DNA of 62,841 bases, the filler included, from Octopus bimaculoides (taxonomy: Eukaryota): NCBI RefSeq assembly GCF_001194135.2. It is 6 parts of 6 records of this genome, joined end to end, with 100 filler letters (N's around TTAATTAATTAA, not from the genome) between each part and the next. Parts side by side here need not be neighbours in the genome. Positions count along the whole stretch, not along the records: positions 48,342 to 54,953 come from NC_069001.1; positions 55,054 to 60,725 come from NC_069007.1; positions 60,826 to 62,841 come from NC_069008.1; 3 more parts are not named here. One strand, 5' to 3'. The notes under the pieces are model-generated. The model ran no database searches and was not told the origin of the DNA. It saw only the letters and a list, made by a program, of their open reading frames with translations. Both the position numbers and the translations under genes were made by a program. Shown here one piece after another: positions 49,123 to 62,516 of the stretch (its first letter is position 1; the number at the start of each line of letters is the position of its first letter).

Positions 49123-50764
49123 TTATAGTCACACACTCTTGCGAATTTGCAGAGTCTTTAGAGCATCGGACAGAATGCTTTACAGCATTTATTTCAATTC
49201 CCTAGTCTCTGAGTTCAAATTCTGCCAACTTAACAAATTTTCGTAACTACCGACTTAACGAAAGCTAACTTTCCACCTGAGTCTCTGATCCTGGGACCTG
49301 GCACTGGTATGTTTTTTCAGATGCCAAACGAGAAACTTCAGATCATGAATAAATAATCTTCTCATTTGTCCATTTTGTTTGAAGGCCTCACATCTAATAC
49401 AGTTTCTTTTCATCCTTTTATTTGTTTCATCTTTTGCTTGTTCAAGTCATTAGACTGCAGCCATTCTCTGACATACTGTGGCACACTGAAAGGTTTTAGT
49501 CGAACAGACCAACCCCGGTGCTTATTTTGTTAAACCCGATACTTCTATTTGTAGAAGTAGAAAGCCTTGGCGACTCTCTCAGTATAATTACAGAAATGTA
49601 CAGATGGACGAAATGCAGCCAAGCAGTTTGCCCAGCGTGCTAACAATTCTGCCAGATCGATGCCTTAGTTTGATTGGAAATATCAAAACATTTCTATACA
49701 GAGATGGTGGTGTTGGTGGTGGGGGGGCTACTTTGTTTGCCTCAACACAAAGGGACGATAAATTGTGAACATTGTAAAGATAATTTACGAGCACCTTGTA
49801 TTTATATACACTCACACGTATACACTTGTAGTGAGACATGGCAGAACTATTTTATCGCTGTGACGTAATTTAGTTGTGCTTGGGCTGACGCCAGGATTGG
49901 CGATGTACGAATACAAGTAACAACTTCTGCCCAACAGTGAAACGCACTGATTTTGAAAGCGCTTAGTTAGTTGGACGTTGCGGCCTGGATGTTGAAGGAG
50001 CAACAGCGTTTACTTTGAAATAGCACTGTTTGGATTTACCCTTTTCATCATGGAGAGACGTGGTTTAAGTAGCATTAATGATTATCACTAGTTATGTGCT
50101 GAAACATTATTCTGGCTTTTATAACCAACATGAGGACTTAGCTGATTTGACAGCACGCACGACACTCGCAAATACATCTGACGAAGATATTATTCTGGTT
50201 GTTATAACAAATTCGGAAACCTGGTGAAGTAGAAAGCCTTGGCAACTCTCTCAGTATAATTACAGAAATGTTATACAAGTCCTTATAAACAGTTCGAAGA
50301 TAATGCTTCTTTAACAGTCCCAGCGTCCTTATCGTATTCCTGCTGTGCAGCTATAACAGCCTTACTATTCCACGCCGCGCAATCTGTTTACTGCTTTAGT
50401 CAGTATTCATTCTACAGCCAATAACCTTACACAGTTAAAATAATATAGCAAGTGATGTCAAATTAATTTATGGCTTGCTACATACATCCTTCAGCAAATG
50501 CTTTAAATCAATTAACGTTCACAACAGCAACATATTCCTTTGTACGCATTTTGTTCAGCGTTCTTTTAAAAATTGCAAAAAATTATAAATTATTTTTGTA
50601 TGAAAAATTGAATTATGCTTTCTGAGTTTTCTTGGAGCTTAACGTTCAGTCTTAAATTTTACAACATTTACTACATGTTACAAATAAATGTTGAGTTTCT
50701 GTACTTTGTTACATTGGTGTTCATAGACTTTTGCCTTGCAAATATCAAGATAACAAAGGAAGCG

Positions 50765-50970
50765 GGGCGAGCTGGCAGAATCGTTAGCACGCCGGGCGAA
50801 ATGCCTAGCAGTATTTCGTTTGCCGTTACGTTCTGAGTTCAAATTCCGCCGAGGTCGACGTTGTCTTTCATCTTTCGGGGCACTGGGGGTCGAAGTGATC
50901 GACTTAATCCCTTTGTCTATCCCTGTTTGTCCCCTCTATGTTTAGCCCCCTGTGGGCAATAAAGAAATAA
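50765..50970 (+). mobile_element. SINE family C
   Basis: gagctggcagaatcgttagcacgccgggcgaaatgc...gggcaataaagaaata. Confidence 0.88.
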
Positions 50971-51420
50971 ATATCACGTTAACAAGTCTATCCTCAATTA
51001 ACAACACACTCGAAGGTCTGCCGGACAGTTTCCATCTAATAAAATTCTACACAGTAATGCTATTATTCAACTCGACGCTAGAGTTGTAGACCTTTGTCCA
51101 AGGGATTACACAATCAGACCGAACTTAGAAAGAGTTTGCAAAACAAACTTCTTACCCACACAGTGAAGCATAGCTGATAACTGAGGTTACGGAGTTCACT
51201 TTGTAACCACATTGTTGTTTCGGGTTCAGCTTGACAAGCTGTGTTGGTTTGTTTATGTCTTTGTAACTTAACGGTTTGAGCAAGAGAGACCGATAGAATA
51301 AGTACCAAGTTTAAAAAAAAATTTAAGTAATAGGATCGATTCGTTCGACTAAATTGTTCAAGGCATATGTTCAAAGAATATGTATATGTATGTGCGTGCA
51401 TTTTCGTGTGTGTGTTTGTT

Positions 51421-51494
<74 letters not shown>

Positions 51495-52574
51495 ACCTTC
51501 ACTGCTTGATAACCTGTACTGGTTTGTTTACATCCCGGTAACTTGGCGGTTGTGGCAAAAGAGACTAATAGAATAAGTAGTAGAATTCAAGGTGGTGCCC
51601 CAGCATGACCGCAGTCCAATGATTGAAACTGGTAAAAGAGAGGAAAATAAAAGATAAAAGAATATACCATTTCGCGAACATTCTTTAATAAATAAAAAAT
51701 CAATCGGAATCTATTTTCTCCAAGTCCATTAAGATGTTCTCTGAATATCAGAACTAAAACCAAAATGTAATATTAAAGATTTAAAAAAAAAAAACGGAAA
51801 ATAGATTCTTGGCCATAAACCAGAGATACATTTGCATCAAGGGAACCCGAAGACATTCTTTCTAACCGAAAACAAGAACCAAATAGTAAAGAACTCAGCA
51901 GCCTGCACGTTTTTATTATTTCAAGCCAAGCGGAACTCGCAGGTTTAGCGTTCCATTCTAAAATTGCCTGCAGTGTGTTACCAAAATTTGATGTCGTTCG
52001 TCTAAATGTCAGTTCGTCGTTTATTTGATAAATTGTATTAGAAGAGAGAAAATGATTGTGAAGTTAGGAAGAGGGAGGGTAGGAGGGAAAGAGCAGGAAT
52101 TAAAGATAAATTCTGTTATCTTGGTGAGATAATATAATTCGTTCGATTTTTGGCACAAGGCCTGAGACTTCGAGGGAGAAGGATATTGCAATACATCGAC
52201 TGGTACTTATTTAATCGACCCCAGTGTTCAACTGCTATTTATTTAATTGACCCAGAAAGAATAAAATGTAAAGTCTATCTCGGGACAATTTGAACTCGGA
52301 ACTTAAAACCGTAAACACCGTTAAGCATTTTCTTGGTGTGCTAACGATTCTGCCAGCTCATCGATTTTCCGTTGGATAATATATGACCTAATTAAAGATT
52401 TCGGTTATTGGTGTAACAGAAATACATTAATAAACTAGAACACCTGGTGGCATCAATATTCTTTTAATACGGGATCCTAGATGTAGTACAGGGTACTCGG
52501 ACAAAGTTTGGCAATTTTTTATGTCTCCTTTTTGTTCAAGAAAAGCTTGTCGTATTGGTGAACAGACAATGATT

Positions 52575-52890
52575 ATAATCCCATGGATTACTATGTGTGA
52601 GACGCGGGTGAGAAAGACACCAACCGCTCTGCCGGCAACATCAAGGCCGAGCTGGTGGCTAAGATCAAGGAGGTATTCGAAATCTTCCCAGGGGCAGTGA
52701 GACAGGTTCCGGAGCCATCTTGCGACCATGCTTGAGGCTGAGGGCAGCTACTTTGAGCAAACCGTTTTCTCCCAGCCATAATCTGCATTATGTATTTGGA
52801 TTGTTAAAAATACTTTTGTCTTTGGATGAAATATTGTTTTCCTTTCGTTGTATGCAAACTGTCAATTTTAGCCGGGACCCACAAAGCCAG
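52575..52890 (+). mobile_element. Tc1/maT-like transposase C-terminal remnant
   Basis: MDYYV...KDTNRSAGNIKAELVAKIKEVFE...DRFRSHLATMLEAEGSYFEQ across frameshifts. Confidence 0.75.
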
Positions 52891-55053
52891 GATTTTGAGA
52901 CGATGGGTCGTAGTCGTTTAAACGAAGCCCAGTATTTGACCGGTGCTTTATTTTAATCATATCGTCTCCAATGATTCAGCATATTCACACTTTCTTCAAT
53001 AAACAGTTTTCTCTTTCAATCGTATCTTCTTTCCTTTCCCTTTTCTATTTTTTCATTTTTCTACTGAACGAGGAAAGAGAAGATTAATCTCAGACTGAAC
53101 TCATAATGTAGAGAGCCACACTACTAAATGTTGGGTAGCATTTTGTCCTATGCGCTAATGTTTCAGTCAGTCTACAATTTTATAGTATAAACAATTTTAT
53201 TAACCACCGATGTCTTGTTGAAGCTCAAAGGTCTGGGTACCTCTGACTGACGAGATACAACGTGATGAAACACTGCTCTTGTGCCAGTGAGCCGAGTGTG
53301 TTATGAATACATTATCGTCGTAAAAGGGGGAAGTTCTACGATGTACACAACAATGACTAGCAATTTTGTGTTCGAATCTACCAGAACGTATTTAGAATAA
53401 ATATGCAAATCATCGTCTCAGATCTCTTTGTACACAAAACAAATAAAGACTTCTTTATTACAAAATAGATTTTTAAAACTTATTTGAAGAAAACGAAATA
53501 AAAAGAGTATATTTATTTAATTTATTCATTAAATCCATATATGCAGCATACGAAAAAAATAACGTCTGTGTTATATTTTTAATGAAAGCTTATTTTTTTC
53601 CTTGCACGTCACTGAAAAAGTGATCAGGAATATTTCACTCTCAAATGCAACAATAGATTGTGTCATGAAAAAATAAAGAAGATAAGAAAGAAGAGACAGA
53701 GAAAAGAAGAGAGAAATGTAATAAAAATAGCAACAATTTTGTTAAACTTTTAGTCAATAAAACAGTTAATTCTAAAGTGAAGCCATTTCAATTTATCCAT
53801 TGCAGTTCATTCTACCACTTGAAAGTATTTATTTTTGAGGTGGGTAGACTATTTTACAAAAATCTTCAGTAAGTAAAACAGTCAATTCTGCTGTTTGTAA
53901 GGTTTGTATTCTACTTTCCACTTAAATATTTGTCGATATACAACAATTGGGATATTGAAAAAATGTCAGGAAAGCATTAATTGAAACTTATCATTCACCG
54001 CTATGTTTATGTATGAGGGAGTTTTGGCTAGTATATTTCACCAAAATATCTTGTTAATATTGTGGCATAAATTATATATAAAAGTCCCTTTAACACTCAT
54101 CATCAGCCACAAATATTATAAACATACTAATACATACTCACAAATGTGAAAACTTTTATGTGGTTTCTCGACTTACTAGAAAAGGCAGTCAAGTTTTCTT
54201 CAAATAAGTCAAAAAGACACATCATAAATAATGATAAAAACAGAACCTTGACAAGGAATCAAGGAACGTTTTCTTAAAGTGTTTTTTATAGAGAAATCAT
54301 CCAGGTAATGTAAATATTATACAATACGTGTGTGTGTATTGAGTTTGCAGAAGTTCGGTTTAACACCAATATTAGGTCATTCGGTGCTTTTATCAGCGTT
54401 TCAACGATGATATCTTCATATCTTCCACGCTCTCTGTCACCAATCTTGGTGAGGTTGAAAAAGTTCACGAACGGCGTTCGTCTATTAAAAGAAATCAATG
54501 TTGGTTGACGCTGCAATTGAAGAGGAAAGACTCGAGTTTTGTGAGACTATTAACACAGTTTCGATTTTCGATAAAAGCCCTCCCCCCATCTTCCCCCAAC
54601 TTTACATACACAAACAAAAGCATTCCTTTTCAGCTACACCACATAGTTTCATAAAACTTGGTTTTATGGTATTAAATCTTCTCCATAACGACTTTGAAAT
54701 TGATAGGTGGTTGGGTACTCCGGCAGCTTAGCACCACAATACGGTGTTCGAACAAAAGGACAGGGAAGTCAAAGAAACGGAAAAGACAGGAAGAGAAACG
54801 AAACGAAACTGAAATTCTTCTTCGTTCTTCTTCTTCTTTGTCTTCGCAATTAGAATATTTACAAAAGGAAACATCTACAAAGACTTTTTGGACACATGTC
54901 TTGTTTTATTGTATTCAATCTGACTGCAAACCTGCAGAGAACATTATTTACAANNNNNNNNNNNNNNNNNNNNNNNNNNNNNNNNNNNNNNNNNNNNTTA
55001 ATTAATTAANNNNNNNNNNNNNNNNNNNNNNNNNNNNNNNNNNNNNNNNNNNN

Positions 55054-55107
<54 letters not shown>

Positions 55108-56099
55108 TGTGTGTATGTATGTGTGTGTATGCACATATGCAAACATTTATAAATATATGTGCACGTATAAACTTGTGTGTGCGTATGTATGTGTATACAT
55201 ATAAGAATATATCTACGTATACACACGCACACACACATACACACACACATACATATTTATATTTGTAAACATACAAACTATGTATGTAGCTATATACATG
55301 TACACATATGTTCATATATATATATGTGTGTGTATATATATGTATATATATGTGTGTGTATGTGTGTGTGTGTGAGTGTATACGCACACACATACACACA
55401 CACACGCACGCACACGCACGCACACTACTTGCAATTTCCCTCGTATGAATAAGTGTTTAACACGAATATATTTCAAAGAGCTCGACTTCTTCCGGAAGTA
55501 CCCGATGAATATTCTAGTTATGGTTACAACTATTTAATATATGAATGAATTAATGGGGGGTACGCACGATATTGTAGCAAACTCTAACAATACAGTCACG
55601 TGAACCTGAAATTGAAATGATTCTAAGTATATTCGAGTGTGCAACTGCATAGATTGCTCTATAATTATAATGTTGAGCACACCCTATAAAAAAAAAGACC
55701 ATACAAGAGTATATGCATTACAAGACATCATTATATGTATCATTTTGAAGCTGACCATTTCAAAATGTTTATCTTTTACAGACATTCCTTCAAGAGAATA
55801 TGTTCGCATTTCACCCGTTTAGGTCTTCAGGCACAGTACAATTTCGTTCCTATGACGTTTGTACAGCCTAGAATTAATTTACATCGTAAATACGTGCCAA
55901 AAAATATGCTTCTTTTCACAGAAAATCGTGAAATTTAACGTGAAATACATACATACATTATGGCAGCCTCCTCGTGACATACATACATACATACATACAT
56001 ACATACATACATACATACATACATGCATATGTACGTACATGCATGCGTATATACATGCATAGATACATAAATACATGCATACACACACACACACACACA

Positions 56100-57037
56100 T
56101 ATTGGGTCATCCCATAAATGATGCGGCTTTTCTTAAACTTTTTTAATTTTTCAAAATTAAGATAAACAAAGTTGTTTTTTAATCTAAAATATACTCTCCT
56201 TCATTTTCTACAATGCTCTTCCATCTGTTTGGTAAACTTTCAAGGCCCTCTTCCAAAATTCACTTGTCTATGACAAAAACTACTCTTCCAGTACTGTTCT
56301 GACCTCACCAACAGAATTCATGTTTTCTGTCCAAATGATTTTGAAGACTGCGGAATAAATGATAATCAGATGGGGCAATATCCGTCGAATATGGTGGGTG
56401 GGGTATCGTTACCCATTCAAACTGCTCCAGCCTTTGGAATGTCATCCTCGCTTCTTGTGGCCAAGTATTATTCTGATCAAAGAACATCTTTCGTTCTGAG
56501 ACCAAAGATGGTCGTTTTTTAGCGATGACTTAAGCCACTCAAGCTGCTCGTAGTAGAACTCTTTTGTCATCATTTGGTTTGGGTTTAAAAGTTCAAAGTG
56601 GATTAAACCTTTCATATCCCACCAAATAGATAACAACACCTTACGTGGATGAAGACCTTTAGATTGGAGTACCGGTGTTTCTCCTTTCCCTACCCAGTGT
56701 CTTCGGCGCGTGACATTTTTATAGAGAACTCATTTCTCGTCACCACTCACTCTTCGATCCAAAAAAAGGTTCATTCATGTGATGTGACAGCAAAGAAGAG
56801 CACACATTCACTCTCTGCACGCTAATTAGACTCGGAAAGTAGGTGAGGAACTCATTGACCCAATTTGATGACTTTTCCGATGACACACAGATGTCAATGA
56901 ATTGTTGAATGACCAAATCCAAGCTTCTCTGCTAGTTCCTCAACAGTTACGATGGGATTTTGTTCCACCAGGGTTTGCAAGACGTCCTTAGTTCATGCAA
57001 TTGAAAAAAACTGCATTATTTATGGGATGACTTAATA
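56100..57037 (-). mobile_element. Mariner transposon with both TIRs and TA TSDs, internally deleted and decayed
   Basis: ta-ttgggtcatcccataaatgatgcgg ... ctgcattatttatgggatgacttaa-ta; translation GLHPRKVLLSIWWDMKG...HPPYSTDIAPSDYHLFRSLQNHL; same family as 6469-7161. Confidence 0.92.
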
Positions 57038-57129
57038 CATACATACATAATACATACATACATACTATAACATTCAATAGCATATGCTTTGAACTTTGAA
57101 AATTTGTTACCCAAGCTCGTTTATTCAAT

Positions 57130-57995
57130 TACTAGCTGACATACTCGGTAATTCCCGGGAAAGCGAGGCTTATCTCTTGGTTCCGTTCTCATAACTGTTT
57201 CGCTAATCCAATAACAACAATACGAAGTATGCAGCCCTTAAAACGGTTTTTGTGCATTTACAGAGAATACCAAACTGTCTTACATAGGATCTTGTTTTTA
57301 GGAATTCCCAATAAGTTATGAATACCCAAATTGTGAAGGCAGTTATGTAATAACATGGAATTAGTAACCCGATAGTAAGAATACAAATAAAGTAGCCCCG
57401 AAAAGGGCTTTACGGCGTTCCCAAAGTATATAGAATATAGAAGGAAATACTAATAAGGTATGTATATTAAAACCGTGAAGCATGTTACGTAATAACAAGC
57501 TAATCAGCTATGAGATAATAACAATTCAAAGTAAATAAGTGTGAAAAGGGCTTTTGTGCGTTCCCAGATAATATTACCCTCAGGGGCGCTAGTGTTGATA
57601 TATTCGTGAATAAGTCACTAACTGAAATAAGCGGATCTATTATTTAGGAAAATACTATTTACTTGTTTAGGGATAAATTGCGAAAATAACTCTTACAGTT
57701 AAAATACTAAGAAATAAGCATGCTGAATTTCATTTTTAACAAATAATTTAGGAAAATGAATGGGTTATTTCCCTTAGTTTTTTAAATAAAAATATATTAG
57801 ATATATGTAAGGATCCCTTCCAGGGGCCCTATTATCGATTTTTTTTTCAACAATCTGAGTATGCCATGAGGTTTCCAGACATAAGTTCTACTCACGTGTC
57901 AAGTTTCATCAAAATCAATAAAACGATGTAGGAAGTGTGAGCTAACAACTCCAGAAACACATCCACAGACAGAATTTCCCACATATGTAGTAGAT
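57130..57995 (+). mobile_element. Helitron/Helentron-type non-autonomous element (HINE/DINE-like)
   Basis: Begins tactagctgacatactcggtaattcccggg; ends gtgtcaagtttcatcaaaatc...acagacagaatttcccacatatgtagtagat; T-rich flanks. Confidence 0.65.
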
Positions 57996-58629
57996 TTATT
58001 TATTCAATTATTTATTTATTTATTTATTTATTCTTTTCTCGGCCAGTTGACATATCTTTTATACCGTGTTAAATGCAAAGAAGTTTGTTTGCATGGAGTC
58101 GACACGCCTATATAGTTATATAAATTTATCTTTCATTGCGTATTTATTTCATAAGTTGATTGTGTTACAAATTATGATGTCTGAGGATGTGAATGAGCAA
58201 TAATAATTTCAGCGGTGTAGTTCGCATGAAGCATTGTAGTACAGGAGTAGAAAATGAAAAAAAAAAAAGGAAAATAAAGACTTGAAAAGACAGTAAAAAA
58301 ACATTTGGTAAAAACGGCAGGTAGTGGAGCTAACCCATGCGTGGTTGCATAACATAATGCAGAAGNNNNNNNNNNNNNNNNNNNNNNNNNNNNNNNNNNN
58401 NNNNNNNNNNNNNNNNNNNNNNNNNNNNNNNNNNNNNNNNNNNNNNNNNNNNNNNNNNNNNNNNNTTTGTCCCCCATCACCGCTTGACAACCGGTGTTGG
58501 TGTGCTTACATCCCCGTAACATAGCGGTTCGGTAAAAAAGAGGCAGTGCTTCAGCATGGCCGCAGTCACATGACTGAAACAAGCGAAATAATAAAAGAGT
58601 AGTGGGGTTGATCTGTTCGACTGAATAAA

Positions 58630-58855
58630 CACAACAACAACAACAACAACAATGACGATGATGACGATGATGACAGTTATACCAACACCAACAACAACGG
58701 GCGTTGACCTGGAGTCTAAGCAACACAACATCAATAACAAACACCACCACTACTACTACAACCACCACCACCACAACCACCGCCACCGTCACTACTACTA
58801 CTACTACTACCACCACCACCACCACCACCACCGCCACCACTACCACCACCAGAGG
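58630..58855. repeat. (CAA)n/(GAT)n/(CAC)n/(TAC)n array
   Basis: Directly visible. Confidence 0.95.
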
Positions 58856-59559
58856 TGAATGTGGAGTCAACAAGAGATTGCTCGCTCCGCTGGTTTCTAA
58901 CAAGAAAGGACAAGCCATAAACCAAAGATGTCTTCTTCAGGCTTAATTATAGATGATTCAACAGAAATGATTTTTGTTTATAAATAATTTTCTTCTAATT
59001 TATGATGTTTTCCTGTCGTTTTGTTCTACTCCATTATTTCTTTCTTCATCCGTTTCCTATTCCGCCGCGTGTAAGTAGACATAGGTGTGCAGGTGCTGTT
59101 TGGTTGCTCAGGCATGCGCGCGCACACGTCCGTGTACGAGTGTGTCAGTATGTGCGTGCGTGCGTGTGTGTGTGTGTGTGTTTGTATTTATGTATATATA
59201 TGTATGTGCGCATATATATATATATGCATATATGTATGTATATGTATGTCATTATTCAGTCATATTTCAAGATTTCTTGCCAACAGAGAAAGAGCCGGTC
59301 TCTAACCTAGATCCAAGGCTTCTTTATTGGAATTTCAACATCAACAACAGGGTATGTATGTATGTATGTATGTATGTATGTATGTATGTATGTATGTATG
59401 TATGTATGTATACTTGCAGATTCGCATGTCTTGTTTTATCTCTGTATTCTCATGCACATAGTTACATATTTAGACATGCTCATATATATTTAAACGATAA
59501 ACTTCTGGAAAGTTTTACAGATTTTTATAGTTCCAATGATGGATTGGATCTGTAGTCTT

Positions 59560-59907
59560 CGAATTAGCTACCTCCTTTCTGGTTTTGAGAAGCCTAATTT
59601 CTCAAGATTGGTATTTAAGCAATGTGTTACATCTCCCAGTGCCTCAATAATTACAGGTATAAACCTGAACTTGTAATCTGGATAGAGTAACTGCAGATTT
59701 CTCGGTAGTTCAGCATAGGTATTCTCTTTTTCGCTGATCTTTAGCTTTATGTTAACATGCGCTGGGCAGCTAATTTCCACAACTGTGCACAGTTTCTCTT
59801 CTCTTTCCCAAATCAGTATATCAGGTCTGTTGCGCTTACATTTTATTGAGGTTTTCATTGGGACATTCCACCAGTATTCCTTTTTATTATGAGTGGCTAT
59901 GGTTTCT
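59560..59907 (-). mobile_element. RLE-type (R4/Dong-group) LINE, restriction-like endonuclease fragment
   Basis: WWNVPMKTSIKCKRNRPDILIWEREEKLCTVVEISCP...EKENTYAEL...FIPVIIEALG: PD-(D/E)xK-type RLE motif. Confidence 0.8.
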
Positions 59908-59958
59908 ACCATACTTAAAGTTTCGTGCGGGCAGAACATGTTCACATCATCAGATGTT
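59908..59958 (-). ncRNA. Hammerhead ribozyme-like motif with canonical CUGAUGA/GAAA core
   Basis: AACAT-CTGATGA-T-GTG-AACATGTTCTGCCCG-CAC-GAAAC-TTTAA-GTA: stem II GTG/CAC, near-palindromic ACTTTAAGT stem III, GUA site; stem I disrupted. Confidence 0.65.
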
Positions 59959-60664
59959 CGGAGTCAGAGTGAAGATAATTAGTAAGAAATTTTAAGTGGC
60001 TTCTAGGTGAGATTATTTAAGATTGTGGGCAATGAAATGACTTGGGAGAGGTAGTAGAGTATCAGGTAGAAGGTTTCGCAGTATTTGTTCCGGTTTTGTT
60101 TCCTCCATTCGAACCTGGTCGAGATCTTTAGTTCTTTTTTCTGAGCCAATGCAACTGAGACCCTGTCTAAACATGAATGTCAGTACCTGAAGGACTGGTC
60201 CAAGTGCCTACTGCAGTATCAACTGTGCGAAAAGCACTTGAGGACTAGGGGCAGTGTCAGACCAGATTGGTACGGTGGGTGGGCTGGACCAGTCATACAA
60301 GGAAGGAAGCCTGGAGATTTGGATAAAATGATCGCGGTACCTAAATACAGGGTGATGTAAAACCGAGTAATTTAAGAGGATTATCGGATAAGGGAAAGAA
60401 CATAAGCTCTGGCATGATACTAACGGCAGAATACACTTAGCTAAAAGATCACTGAAGGCAAGATGGCGGTGTTAAATCGGGCGATGTGTTAGACCTATTA
60501 GCCAAGTGGAGTCTACTTTAAATTATTGCAATAGAGGGAACTTTGTTAAAGATACCCAAAAGCCAGGTGGTGTTAAACAAAGATGTTTCTACATAGGACA
60601 ACGGATATAAGCTGTCTGTGTGTGTGTATGTACGAGTGTTTGAGCGAGTGAATGTGTATCAGTT

Positions 60665-60725
<61 letters not shown>

Positions 60726-60899
60726 NNNNNNNNNNNNNNNNNNNNNNNNNNNNNNNNNNNNNNNNNNNNTTAATTAATTAANNNNNNNNNNNNNNNNNNN
60801 NNNNNNNNNNNNNNNNNNNNNNNNNCTATCTATCTATCTATCTGTCTGTCTATCTATCTATCTATCTATTTATCTATCTATCCTGTCTGTCTATCTAAT

Positions 60900-60950
<51 letters not shown>

Positions 60951-61131
60951 CACACACACATACACATTCTGTACCTTTTAAGCTTGTATTGATTTCACTC
61001 AGTGGACTGCAGCCTTGCTGTGGGTGGCACTCTTAAGGGTTGTGGACAATCACAGCAACCTTGGTACTTATTTTAGCAACTTTGTTTATTGAAAGGCAAA
61101 CACTGCTTCTTACATGGCAAATATCAATACT

Positions 61132-61164
<33 letters not shown>

Positions 61165-62036
61165 CCACCATCTCTGCTATCACCACCACCACCAACCTCA
61201 GTACCCCATCACTACCATTTCTTGTATAACTCTTGATGCAAAAATCTGGTGCCAGCTCCTTTAGGATCTTCAGTACTGATTTTTTTTCTTTAAAACCAGG
61301 GGCTTATTCTATCAGTTCTTTTTGCCAAACAGCTAAGTTACATTTCCAACACAACCACCATAAGCATCACCATCGATACCAGCACTGACTGATACCACCA
61401 CACCATCACTCCTCCACCATCTCCACTGTTGCTGATCTTGAGGGAGATCAGGGTGCTGCTTCTACCAGGTCAAGCTATCATTTTGTGGGCTTCCCTCTTT
61501 GGCTCATACATATATACATACATAAGACAGTAAGGTGTGAGTTTGAAGGAGATTTGGCTGCTATTTCTACCAGGTCTAACTATCATGTAGAAGGACTCCC
61601 TCTTTGGCTCATGTATATATATATATATATATTTGTTTTCATAATCGGTCATAACGTCTTACGTTTAAGATGATTCCCATGCTTTCCCTGATGAGAAGGT
61701 TACAATTTTAATATCAAAGATCCCTATGGATCACACAGGTTGTAATCCTTTGAAACATATGTAGGAATAAAGTATGCAATTATAACATGCGTTTTCTCCA
61801 TTCCTTAAATTCTTAAATATACTCAAATACCCAAAATTTCAAGGAGTTCCTGCCTTAAAAACAGGAACTAAACCACAGTTATTTTGTGTTCTTTGCTACA
61901 TAGGTTTCTATTAACCCATTTATTCTATCCGAAGAATTTTTATTCATTAAGATAGAAGAAATACACATAATTATATATATATATATATATATAGAGCACC
62001 AACAGCACCGTCCAAGCATGATCATTGCCAGAGCAG

Positions 62037-62205
62037 CTGTTAAAATCGAACTGCACTCTTCAAAACTTGCACTAAGAATAAGTCCAAGGTAAAATTACTA
62101 CCTGCTTTTACAGCAAGTTGATGCAGGTAATTTATCCTGTTCCCCTCCGACTTTTAGTTGATGCAAGTGAAAAAAAACCCACATTATTTATGGGATGACC
62201 CAATA
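62037..62205 (-). mobile_element. Solo 5' end with TIR of the 56100-57037 mariner family
   Basis: cccacattatttatgggatgacccaata plus aactgcactcttcaaaacttgcactaagaataag, shared with 7013-7160. Confidence 0.88.
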
Positions 62206-62295
62206 CATATATACATGCATAAGATAGTAGGGTGTGATTTGAGAGAGATTTGGATATGATTTCTGATGGATCTAGCTACTCTGGCTCATAGAAGT

Positions 62296-62516
62296 GTGTG
62301 TGGGTGCTGAAAAGTTCCTGGCTTTAAGGATATTGCAAAAGGCCTGGTTGGAAGCCCAACCTTCCGAGTTCTTTTACAGGGCTTAAAAAAAACTGAAGGA
62401 CTGCTGCAATAAGTGTGTGAATCTGAGAGGGGAATATGTTGATTAAAATCATAATTAACTGATCCTCCTGTATTTTCTTTTACTCAAAGCCAAGAACCTT
62501 TCAGGACCCCTTTGTA
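62296..62516 (+). mobile_element. Mariner-derived MITE (about 220 bp)
   Basis: TIRs gggtgctgaaaagttcctggcttt / aaagccaagaacctttcaggaccc; internal KLKDCCNKCVNLRGEYVD* transposase C-terminus. Confidence 0.85.

Noticed and set aside
53246-53275. CTGACGA...GAAAC as another hammerhead
   Set aside because: Stem II does not pair and there is no stem III or NUH site.
48420-58855. Poly-Val, Gly, Thr and His ORFs at 48286-48794 and 58172-58946
   Set aside because: They are trinucleotide microsatellite translations.
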